DNA of 61,366 nt, the filler included, from Dugesia japonica (Eukaryota): assembly GCA_001938525.1 (NCBI GenBank). It is 6 parts of 6 records of this genome, joined end to end, with 100 filler letters (N's around TTAATTAATTAA, not from the genome) between each part and the next. Parts side by side here need not be neighbours in the genome. Positions count along the whole stretch, not along the records: positions 21,251 to 30,117 come from MQRL01470004.1; positions 30,218 to 43,351 come from MQRL01604019.1; 4 more parts are not named here. One strand, 5' to 3'. The position numbers were made by a program, and so were the translations under genes. Every line of letters begins with the position of its first letter. Within the stretch, counting starts at the first letter, position 1. The notes below the pieces were generated by a model. It worked only from the letters and a program-made list of their open reading frames with translations, did no database searches and was not told where the DNA came from. Positions 25,173-36,815 of the stretch are shown piece by piece.

Positions 25173-27179
25173 AAAAAATATAATGATTTCGCCAATTCAA
25201 AATTTGTACTGTTTTAATTAAGGTTGAAACAGTAAGAAAATTACATCATTCTACAAAAGAAAATTGGTATAGTAATTATAATAGTTAAATGAAATTAAAA
25301 TAAAATATATTGCCGACAAAAATTAGCGTGAATCATTTTTGTCAACTATTGTAACTTATTTCTTTTTATCAATTTACGCTAGAAAATTATAATGAAACAA
25401 TTATCACATTATAATATTTATAATTAGTATTTTCTATTTGTCATAAATAAATATTTACTTTTTCAATAATTGTTTTTCTTTCCAAGACTTGAATACATAA
25501 ACAAATAATTATTTTCCTATTGCTACGTATTACACTTATATGTATACATGTACAATATAATTATTTTTAATATGTTTTTCTTTGACGTCTCCGTATCAAT
25601 TAAAAATTTATAAATTCCCGATTATTTTATTAATCTAATGACAAATTTTCAATGATGTATTTAGCGTTAAATATTTATTGCATTTTAAATTATGATTCCT
25701 ACTAATTTATCTACAGTTTATATAGTATTTTCTATATAATAGTATGTTTACTTCTCCATTCACCTCTATTTGTACACAGATGAATTTGTTTACTATTTTA
25801 ATAAATGAATTCAATTTTTTATTACTTCATTTGCTTGTTGTGATCTTTGTGGCTTACTTATATAACTTATATAAATTTATATTTAAATTACTTATAAATT
25901 TTCACGAAAAAATTTTGTATTTGTTTATTTGGCTTATTAAATTCCTAAATTCAAACTGAAATTTAAAAAGGAAGCACCAACAAATTAGTAATTTTTTTAA
26001 TATAAATGACCTTAATTTTTGAAAGTTTATTATTATGGTCATCAAAAATAATTCCAGATTTACCGAGAATAAACGTTATTTTATTAATACAATGAAAGTA
26101 TGATGTCATGCTGATTTCAATTTAATTATACTTATTATATTCGGCAGTTTTTTGGCAATTTCAATAGTAGTTTATCAAGTTGCCCTGTATAGGCATTCAT
26201 TTAAATTAGTAAATTCATTTTTGGAACTTTATCCTCCTTATCTAGAGTTTAATAAGTTAAATAATGTTTCAATAATAATTTAAATTGATGGAAAATAAAT
26301 ATGAACACGAAATTTACGAAAAATGTCAAACATACATTTATTTGCAAAATAATGCATGATTAAATGACAAAATAATAATTCGATAAAAAATAATTCACAA
26401 GTGTCCACGAACTTATAGAATACCCTTTTAGTCTGAACAAGTGACATAAAAATAAACATGATAAAACCTTGTAAACTAAAGATTTCACTGGATTCGAACG
26501 TGTTATCTTACAAAGTTAAATATTACTTACTCATTTTTCCTTTTCATTTTAACAATATTAATATATTTTCGTCCTATTAATATATGTTAGAATCAAGTAT
26601 TTAGTGTGTCGTCAATGTGTAGAATAAAAAATTTAATTCTTTTGAACAATAAAATCTCGATCAAGAACATTTGTCAATTAATTTATCGGTTAAAAATATT
26701 AGTGAAATTTTAAAGAAATTAAATTGTATTTTTAATTATTATATATATCTTTATTTTATACATAAAAAATATAAAAAATAGTTTTTTATTCTAATGAAAA
26801 TCTAAATATATTTAATGTTCATTAAAAAGTCTTGTATTGATTTTCCCCACTTTGATAACATAGAAGCATTATCCGACTTTAATCAAGAATCTTAAGATAA
26901 TTATAATAATTACATTTTGCATTTATATATTTATTTTAAATAATATTAATTTTCATTTATACATTGCAACAAATCACAGTTACTGTTTACTATCAGAAAG
27001 ATGGTATTTTTGTGATTGAATTAATGGTTATTTGATCATATTAATCAAAATTTTCAATTTACGAATATTTCTGAGTTTATAAATATAATTATAAATATAA
27101 TTAAAATTATAATCAGTCTACAAATATAATTATAATTTCATATTCTCCAGATATTATTATCTACCTTTCACCGTTTTTC

Positions 27180-28634
27180 GATTTTGTATGCTTATTCAGT
27201 TATTCTGTTTATCAATATTTTTATTGCTCTCTGTACTCTCTCTTCATCCGTTGTACTGTGTCCATATTTTGCTTCTATATTACAAAGATACTTTTCATTG
27301 TCCTCTCATTTAGTCTCTCTCAGCTGTTGGAATCCAAACTGTTTCTGTAATTCTATTCCTCCTATTAGATCTGGATGTATCTGTTTCACGACTATGAATT
27401 TAACTGGTTCGCTTTTCTCGAATTTTTCTTCTACTTTTATCGTACCTACTATTTCGAGGTGACTATTATTGGCACATCTTAAATTGTCTTAAATTTTTAA
27501 TATATTGACTTTTATTTATATCATTATTTATACTACTTATTCTATAATTAACAATACTGCAATTTTTTGGGATACTTAATTCAACGCTTCGACAATCTCG
27601 ACTTCGGTCAGAGCTTCGCCATTTGGGTATTCATCTTGATAAATATTTGAACCTTCATTACAATAGTGACCTCTGTCTTCTCTACATACACAATCTTTTC
27701 CATTTTCTCAATTGAATTAACGTGACTTCATTCTTCTTGTGTAGTTATTCGTATTGTTCGAATAATATCTTTGGTTGTCATTTCCGAATACATTTCTGGT
27801 CTGTTCACTTTTATTCTGATAACTAAACTGCCTGATTATATTTGTGTAACAGTCCTCTGTGTGGTGACCTTTCTTGCTGCATCTTGAACAACTAACTTTG
27901 GCACAGCCTCTTCTCAAGTGTTTTTCAGATCAACAAGCATAACACTTTTTTTTCTTTCTTGACAATTTCTGCTTACATGAACTTTTTTGTTACAAGTCCA
28001 ACACGTTATTTCTCGTCTTTCATTGTTTCTGTTCTGTTACATTCCTTTATTTCGACTCCTGTTGAAATTTTTTTGTTCCAGGATTTCGGCGAACTGCATC
28101 TCTGTAGTTACGAACTACATTTATTTCTTCAGTTTTTACTTCGTCTTTTATGTCTTCCNNNNNNNNNNNNNNNNNNNNNNNNNNNNNNNNNNNNNNNNNN
28201 NNNNNNNNNNNNNNNNNNNNNNNNNNNNNNNNNNNNNNNNNNNNNNNNNNNNNNNNNNNNNNNNNNNNNNNNNNNNNNNNNNNNNNNNNNNNNATTAACC
28301 TTTCTACCAATCTTTCAATCTTCTTTTTATAGATATTTATATGCTCTCTATTCCTTCGATAATTTTGAACTTCCTCCATATCTTTAATCATTGTTGATGG
28401 CCGAAAAAAAACCTTTCTGAATTTTTCTTCAAATCTCAATGATTCGTCTTCATTTTCATAGATTTCACGCAGTTCTTTATCTATGAAAGATACTCTCCTC
28501 TGGTCTTTCTTTGTTCTAGTTATATCAAAAAATTTCGTGGTCTTCAAAATAAAATTTTCGACATCATCGCCCAATTGGAAAATTCCAGAGTTCATGGCTT
28601 CTTTTAGCAAATCCAATGATGCGTTGGGCGCCAT
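27180..28634 (-). mobile_element. gypsy gag/protease fragment, same family as 16680-18875
   Basis: gag ORF 28047-28634 and a CSRCSKKGHHTEDC knuckle. DNA aligns with 17790-18870. Confidence 0.85.
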
Positions 28635-30117
28635 GTTAGTTAAATTCAAACCCTGACAACTCTTCATAAATTTGTATTTATTATTACAAGTGTTTTTGAC
28701 TAAAATATAATAATGAAGAATAATTCATAATATTGAAACAAATAATCTGAGAAATCTTTCAATAAAATATTTTAAAAATATCGATTTTTAATTTTATGAA
28801 ATATTTCATTTTACATAAAAATTTCATAAAATATCTTACAAATATCGATTTTTGAATTTTTGAAATATTCTACTTTACATAATAATAAATTAAAATTTTA
28901 TTCAATAATTGTAAAGCTTCTTTAGTTTAAAATCAGTTTTCAGAGTATTATTTTGTTTTAATTGTTGAATTTTTTAAATTGGTAATAAAGAATAATCTGT
29001 TGCGTTTAACAAATTAAAGTTTTGTTACAAATATTCAAAATTAAAATATAAATTAGATATTTAAAATTATACCTTATTTTTTGATCAAATAGTTAAAATA
29101 AGAATAAAAAACAGTTTCTAATAAAAAGACGTGTTTAATTTTCATTAAATTTTATTTTAAAAAAATATAGTAAAAATTTATTAATTAATCAAATAATTTT
29201 TGATGAATAATTGAACAAATTTCTAGTTTTAGTTCTATCATATTTCCATAATTATCGGCATAAATCGTCTCATCAACACCGACGTTCATCTGAGATATTT
29301 TTATAAATGAACTAAAGAAACATTGAAATTAATTTATTAGCGCTATCACAGTAATTAAGTCCTAGTTATATTTTATTTTTTCCTATTTGTATTACGTAAA
29401 AAATTTTATTAAATTATGTTTTAGCAAATTTTAATTTTTACGTCTCCATGTATATCAGATACGACGTTATATAATAATAATACGAAATTTTTGTGTATTT
29501 TTATAACTCAAATTTTTATCAGAATAGTTCCAGTCTGTTGAAATTTCAATTAGATTTTCTTATATATCATTTTCATCTTTAAAAGTTGAGAGTAATGTTT
29601 TAACCCTTTTTATTTTAAGAGAATTCAAAATATTTTAATAATTACTGCCAGAAACTCGTTAAAGTCATGTTAATTTTTAAGACTAAAAAAATATATAAAA
29701 CTAAAATTTTGATTGGTCCAGTAGTTCTAATGTTAAATTTCTGAGTACTCATGGAAAATCCTGCCTCTAAACCGGTGTTCTACTTTCTTTTAACCAGGTG
29801 TTTCGTATCCCGAAATCGTGGGATTAAAAACTTTATAACGGTTATTGGAAGCTTAATTCTAATAAAAATATTGCGAAAGATCGGTTATTATCATTAATGA
29901 AAATTTAAATACATCGACAAGAAACTTTGCCAAATATCTGCCAATATAGTAGTCAACAATCAGAAGTACACAGTGATTTAAGAACAAATTTTACGTTATA
30001 AAAAAGGGCAATTCTTATCAGGTAAAAATTTTGAAAACTGTTTAATCTGATCAAAGCGTTTGTAGAACATAGTCAAACATCTTGATCATATTGTGAACAT
30101 TTTTTTATATAGATAAA

Positions 30118-30217
30118 NNNNNNNNNNNNNNNNNNNNNNNNNNNNNNNNNNNNNNNNNNNNTTAATTAATTAANNNNNNNNNNNNNNNNNNNNNNNNNNN
30201 NNNNNNNNNNNNNNNNN
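30118..30217. other. Artificial contig spacer
   Basis: N44-TTAATTAATTAA-N44. Confidence 0.95.
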
Positions 30218-33200
30218 TATATATATAATTATATTCATTCTAGTCATATTAAACCTCCTTGGTATTTCCATGATTATCATAGGTATTTTTATATTTTAAT
30301 ATGTATAAAACAAATTTTACTAATTTATCATTTAAAATATTGTTACATAAATATTTCATTTATTTATTTATTGTTTAAAATAATTATTTATTATTTATTT
30401 TTTTAAAAATAATATTTAAATAAGCTTTAATTGTTGATTGGAATAAACTTCATTAATTTTTAGATCTGGTTAGTAAATATTTGTAGAATAATAAATCAAT
30501 GTATAATCCATTTATATACAATGGATTCATAAAATCCATTTCTATTTTTTCGTATTTAATAAGAATAAAAATCATTTTTGAAATTTTCTATCTTATTTGA
30601 CGTTAGCAAACAAGTTCATTGAAACCAGAAAATACACTTCTCAAAAGGTTTTTCAAAAATTATTTGCATTTAATAGTTCTGTTACAAACCATATTTTATT
30701 TTGCATTAAATTTGATAGTACACAGTGTGACAATTAAGTTTTAAGACTGGGTCTGTAAAATCAAAAGAAAGCAAAATATAAAAAATTTATTAATTTCTTT
30801 TTCAAAATAATCCCATCCGGTGTCAATGTATCTGTTACACTGATTAAATAAAGATTGAAATGCCTGTTTCAGATTATGTTGATATTAGGTAGATACGAGC
30901 GCACTGGAACAGCAACCCCCCAGCCGTCGACTGTTTTACTAATTTCAGTGTTTTGACTGTTTTAGTATGGAATAATTTTGATTGGTCATTACAAAGACGT
31001 GAAAAATCTTTTCGAATTCGGGTTGGAACGGTCGAATGTTTACTCGGGAAGGTCGAAAATGCAAATTTTCGGTACAAAGTTTTTCAGCCAAATTTTATCG
31101 TGTGATTTCAAATTTGTTATTGATCGTCTTAGAATTGAAAGCATGGGAACACCCCCCTCCACCCAAGGGAAAATTAGTTTTTTTGGAAGATTTTTTTTTA
31201 TTTTTTCTTGTTTAAATGAGGTTAAATTATTTATTTTGTTTAAATGAAGTAAGATTATTGATTTTTTGTTTAAATTAAGTCAAAGTAATTATTTTTGTTT
31301 AAATTGAATGAAATTATTGATTTTTTATTTAAATTAACGAAATTAGTGTTTCTTTGTTTAAATTAATCGAAATTAAATGACTGTTCGTTTAAATTTAATG
31401 AAATGAATAATTTTTCAGTTTCTTCATGGAAAAGTTATTGAAAAGCTTGTTTCGTTTAATTAAACAAAAGTTATCAAATGTAATTTTATCCTCGGAAACA
31501 CATTACGCTTGAGCTGTGTTTTTTGTCATGATTTTTGTGCTCTTTTTTTTCTATTTTTTTCGAAAATTTTTGATCGGATAAAATTTTATTTTGATTGTAT
31601 CAGTTTTTTTGATCCTGAGTGTGTTTTTTTAAATTTTGTGTGTGTTTGGGTTGCTAAGGTGATTTTTAAAAAGAAGGTCAAGTTGAGTTTGTGTGTATGG
31701 TTGTGTGTGTAAGAGTGGAAAAACGAGGAGGAGGAGTTGGAGATCTTGGAACTAATTTTTTTGTAGTTTTAAGGATTTGGTTGTGGTTTGACAAAAATTT
31801 GGTCTATATATTGTCTAAAGGACTTATGAGTTTGGATGGATGGTTTTCGCTTCAAGGGTATTGACACACGCGAACAGTCGTATGAGTTATCGTGGGGTGT
31901 TTTTAGCGAAGCTGTAGGGTTGTATGTGGTTGATGGAATTTGTTTGTTGATGGGTTGTTGGAGAGGTAATGTGATGGTGAAGATTTTGGTTGTCGAATGT
32001 GCTTTGATTTTTATTTTAAAGGCTTGGATTCAATTGGTTTATTTTGTAAGTAGTATAAGTGTGTTAAAAGATTTTTTTGTGAGGTAGAGGTTGGTATGTT
32101 TGGAAAGAAAATTAATTATCAGATGTTTTAAGATTTATTTGAAATTTTTTTGTCACGTGGTTATGACGTCATAATTTTTTGAAGTCTTTACTTTGGTTAA
32201 AAATGCTGTATTTTGCTTAAATTGATGAGTTTAATGAAAGTAATGTTATTTTTGAGTATTTGATGTATTTTTGTTTAATTTTTTGGTATTTTTGAACAGG
32301 GAAGAGTTGTTTTTTTTAATATTTTTGAACGGGGAAGAGGGGAGTCAGATATTTTTGAAAACTTTTTTGGCGGGAAATTAAAAAAAATATTTTTGTTGGG
32401 AAATTCAAGAATTAAATATTTTGGTTGGAAAATTAACATTTTTCATTTCAATGGGGGGAAATCTTTTTAATATAATTAAATTTAATTATATTAAACTAAA
32501 TTAAAATAAAATAAATTAAATATTGAATGAGGGGCCACTATATTTAACATGGGGAGCCTCTATATTTAGCATATTATGGGACAGACTTGATATTTTTCAA
32601 AGTATGAGACAGTCTAAAATTCAAAGGCTCGTGATTTTCAGTGTATGTGTGTCGCAGCTTTAACGCTTCTGATTTACATGATAAAAATATAACTATTAAA
32701 AAAATCATAGAGTCTTTGTGATATTTGCATAATAAAAAATAACTTTTATTAAAATATTCTTTGAGACATTTACAAGATAAAAGTATATCTATCAAAAAAC
32801 TTCAAAGAGGGGAGTATTTTTAATATTTACATGTTAAAATATATCTATCAAAAAACTTTAAAGAAGGGAGTCTTTGTGATATTTTCATGATAAAAATATA
32901 TCTATCAAAAAACCTCAAATGGGAGAGTCTTTGTGATATTTACATGATACAATATTCAAATTAAAACTTTTCTTTACAAAATGATAAAAACATTGAACGT
33001 TTCTCATAAAAAAAAACATATAGGTCATGCAATTTTTCTAAAAAATAATATTACCGATTTCATTTTTAATAGAAAATCTCAATACCGATGTAATTTTTAA
33101 AAAAGAATCTCATCACCGATGCACCTTTTAATAAAAAATCTCATTAGCGATGCGATTTTCCGTTAGAAAACATAAAACATATTGGTGATGNNNNNNNNNN

Positions 33201-33589
33201 NNNNNNNNNNNNTTGGTGATACAATTTATACATAAATAAACATATTACTAGTGACAATATTTCTATAAAAAACATATAAGTCATGCAATGTGTCTATAAA
33301 CAAACATATATCCAGTGACAATATTTCTATAAAAAATATATTAGTCATATAATATTTCTATAAAAACATATTGGTGATGCAGGTTTTCTATAATAAACAC
33401 ATATGTACTGACAATTTTCTTATTATTTATTATTTGTGTAGTTACCATGTATTAATTACATAGTAACTGTGTATTAAAGGTTTCATGAGTGTATTATTTG
33501 CTATTAAAATTAAAAAGACTTTGTTTTCATAAAGATTTATTTCAGTATATAAAAAAACATGACACTAAGCAAACATTAAGTAAACAAAT

Positions 33590-34025
33590 TTAGATCTTTT
33601 TTGTAATATTTTTAACTTTCCATATAACTCCTACCGAATTAATGGACTTCATGAAACCTTTAATCTCCACTTGAATTATATATTGGTTGTTCTCATCATA
33701 TTGGTTTTCGTCTCTTTCTTTATAACCTATATAAATAGCTTCATAGACTTCAATTCGTCTGCTTAATCTAGCAAACCGACCTTCCAGTATATTTCTATCC
33801 TTCTCATGAATTCAAAATAGAAACAGACTAAATTTAAATCTTTTTATTGAAACTGGTTTCTAAAATAAAATATTAATTTATAATGAAATATAAAATAATT
33901 ACTTTGAAGTTATAAATAATTAGAGTCTTCAAAAAGAACAACTTGTATTTGAGGAAATCTGTAATTTTTCCAAGTTCCACAGTTATTGTTGAGACGTTTT
34001 CCTTAGTGAGTTGATTTTCTTGCAT
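33590..34025 (-). pseudogene. Cassette gene B, copy 2
   Basis: MQENQLTKENVSTITVELGK...YNFK | 43-nt intron 33860-33902 | KPVSIKR...QVEIKGFMKSINSVGVIWKVKNITKKI*. One internal TGA. Confidence 0.8.
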
Positions 34026-34264
34026 TTTTGAATTGTAAAAGTGATTAACGTTATGTAAACCTTTGCTTATATACTAGTTGCGGTACACGCATACTCATTA
34101 TTTTTGAGTTTCAATTTGTTAATGTTTGCCAAAATTTATATGATTTGTTAATATTTATTTTAACAGTTATGATTGGTTACCGTGTTTATATAAATAGGAC
34201 TCTTTTTTAAAATAAATTCACTTTTTACTTTTTTAAATGAAAAATTTTTGAAAAATCTTTTCAA

Positions 34265-34756
34265 TGAGAAAATGGAATTAAAAATGATACTAACCAAGAA
34301 GAAATAGAAAATATCATTGCAACCATCAATATTAATGAAGAACAAACAGTAATTCAAGATGAAAAGATGAAATATGCATACCCTGACGAGGAAGACGATG
34401 GTTTTTGGTTTGAATATTTAGATAAAAGATATGAACATTATTATGGTAAGATTTTATTATGTTAATAATAATAACTCTTATGGTAAGAGTTTAATTTATC
34501 ACTAATTTTTTTAATTTTCCTTTTAGATTTAGCCAAACAGATATTGAATAAAAGGTTCCCAGAATATTATAATGACTGTGAACTGTTGACTACCATGGAA
34601 TATTTCACTCATATCTTGCGAACAACTGGAATTGATATGGATNNNNNNNNNNNNNNNNNNNNNNNNNNNNNNNGATTTAATTTCCCGGCAAATGTAAACA
34701 AGACTCATTATGAAATTTTAAAAGAAAATATTTTGAGGATGGCTGAAGCATTTTAA
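34265..34756 (+). pseudogene. Cassette gene C, copy 2
   Basis: Acidic exon 1, intron 34446-34526 (donor duplicated at 34483), exon 2 DLAKQILNKRFPE...RTTGIDMD...HYEILKENIL. Confidence 0.72.
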
Positions 34757-35717
34757 AAGTAATTTAACAATGTGCTAAAAATAAATGTTTTACTTGATAA
34801 TTATTTTGCCTTATTTACTTTTTTAAATTAATAAAGTTCATTTTATTAGTGAAAGGTTTTTTATTAGTAAAATTATAAGTGGCACTTATTGAAAATAGTT
34901 TTTTATTATGAATGCAATATGTATGCAGTTCAGCAAAAAATACCTACTATATAATTATAAAAGGTAATTACACAAATAATAAACTCATAAACCTAATATT
35001 ATATGGTTGCTAACTCAATAAACCATGGTAACTATGATTTTTAATCTTAATTATATAAATAAACCCTATAATACAAGCGACCTATGCAAATAATACTCTC
35101 ATAAACCATATATTTCATGGTTGTTATGTAAATAATACAAACATAAACCTTATAATACATGGTTACTATGTAAATAATACACTTATTAACAATATATAGT
35201 CATGACAACATTTACTTATAAGTTTTATAAAGGTCTTTATGTATTTTTACAGTAATGTTCAGTAATATATATGAGAGATTGTCACTCTCACAAATCTTAT
35301 AATATAAATTGCTATGTAAATAATACAAGGTACCTATGCAAATAAAATCACTCATAAACCATATACACTCATAAACCCTATATATATCAAAATATTTACT
35401 TATAAGTCTTTTTTATATAGACATATTAGTTATATATTACAAGGTTCCATGAATTTATGATTTTTATGAAAAAAAGTCTGTTTTTTTAATCATTTTGTAT
35501 AGAAATATTCCCAGCTAATATTTTTTCATGAAAAATTGTCACTACTAATATGTTTTTTATAGAAGAAATTGCATCGCTAAAATGTTTTCTTTATAGAAAA
35601 ATTGACAATCTTTATTTTATTTAAATTCTAATTTTAAAATACATTATTTTTAAAAGAAAAACTAAATAAAATAAAACTATATCAAAAAAGACTCAATTAT
35701 AATACATTTATTTTTAT

Positions 35718-36198
35718 TTACCTATAACAAAAATAATTTGAATAATTGCGAAGATCATTCTGATGGTTTTCCATAGCTACCATCAGATTAAACTTAGCAC
35801 ATCCGAAACAATCAGGTGCACAAAAATCAGCTGTCATATAGTTAGTTATCACTACTTCCGGAAGAAAAGGTTGTCTTTCCTCGTCCAGGATCCCACGTTC
35901 TTCGCATAGATCAACCAGCATTCTTTACTTTCTTTAACGGATTTACCTCATTCTTTAAATAATTAGAATTTACAGGATCATGTTCATTACCTGGTCCTTT
36001 CTTTATTTGTAGAGGCGATTGCATTTTTAAAATAAGTATTTAGATATGCAATATTAACGGCATCTTAATCTTTCTATATCTAAACCAGCATTCCTAAATT
36101 AAATTTATTAATAAAATTTAAAAATTAATAAAAATCAAACCTTTCTTGCTAAACACCTCTTCGGTTTTCTTTAGATTCTTAATAATTGATGAAGCCAT
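35718..36198 (-). pseudogene. Cassette gene A, copy 2 (interrupted by a 159-bp insertion)
   Basis: Exon 1 MASSIIKNLKKTEEVFSKK, intron 36094-36140, exon 2 GMLVDLCEERGILDEERQPFLPEV...FCAPDCFGCAKFNL. Confidence 0.75.
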
Positions 36199-36340
36199 TT
36201 TAAAATTACAAGACAATAATAATGAAATACAATAAAACCACAAAGTTATATATTCATTATTTGAAATTTAAATATCTAAATTTAAATTTATATTTTTTAT
36301 ATTTGAACTGTAAATGTTTTGCATCCGTGTTACGAATTTT

Positions 36341-36815
36341 CTAAATTTATTTAATCAAATTGATTAAATCTGAAGTAATGTTATTCAGATATCCTTGAAA
36401 ATACAAATTTTAAGTCCTAGTATTACTAGTTTTCCTGTTGAGAACACATTTACCCATAAAGAGTCATATTTTATAAGTCTTAGTGCAGGAAATAACTCTG
36501 GTTTGAACCAACAGTTGACTATTCTTACTAATTTATACAGGTTTATTAAAACTCTTATATTTACGACAATAAATAGCTATTGTAATTGTAAATATTTTGT
36601 ATTATAAGATTCAAATCANGANGTTCCAAAGGTTTCGTACAACCCATTATTCTACATTTTCCTGATCTAAAGTACATAATTGTAAATTTATCACTTTTGA
36701 CTTTAAATTAACATAGTTTGCCTGTTGGAAAACTTATTTTCTTTGTTATTTCTTGAGTCAGTTTACTTCTGCAATTATTATTGGTTATCATAATTAATGA
36801 ATTAAATAGGACCAT
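36341..36815 (-). pseudogene. Polinton TBP-like protein, near full length (~155-160 codons)
   Basis: MVLFNSLIMITNNNCR...FTIMYFRSGKCRIMGC...INLYKL...CWFKPELFPALRLIKYDSLWVNVFSTGKLVILGLK: two TBP-like repeats with a few stops. Confidence 0.82.

Noticed and set aside
35800-35825. CxxxCxxC radical-SAM motif in gene A
   Set aside because: The first Cys is Phe in the other copy, and the protein is far too short for that fold.
35895-35921. LxCxE Rb-binding motif in gene A (LVDLCEE / LVNICEE)
   Set aside because: The spacing does not fit LxCxE in either copy.
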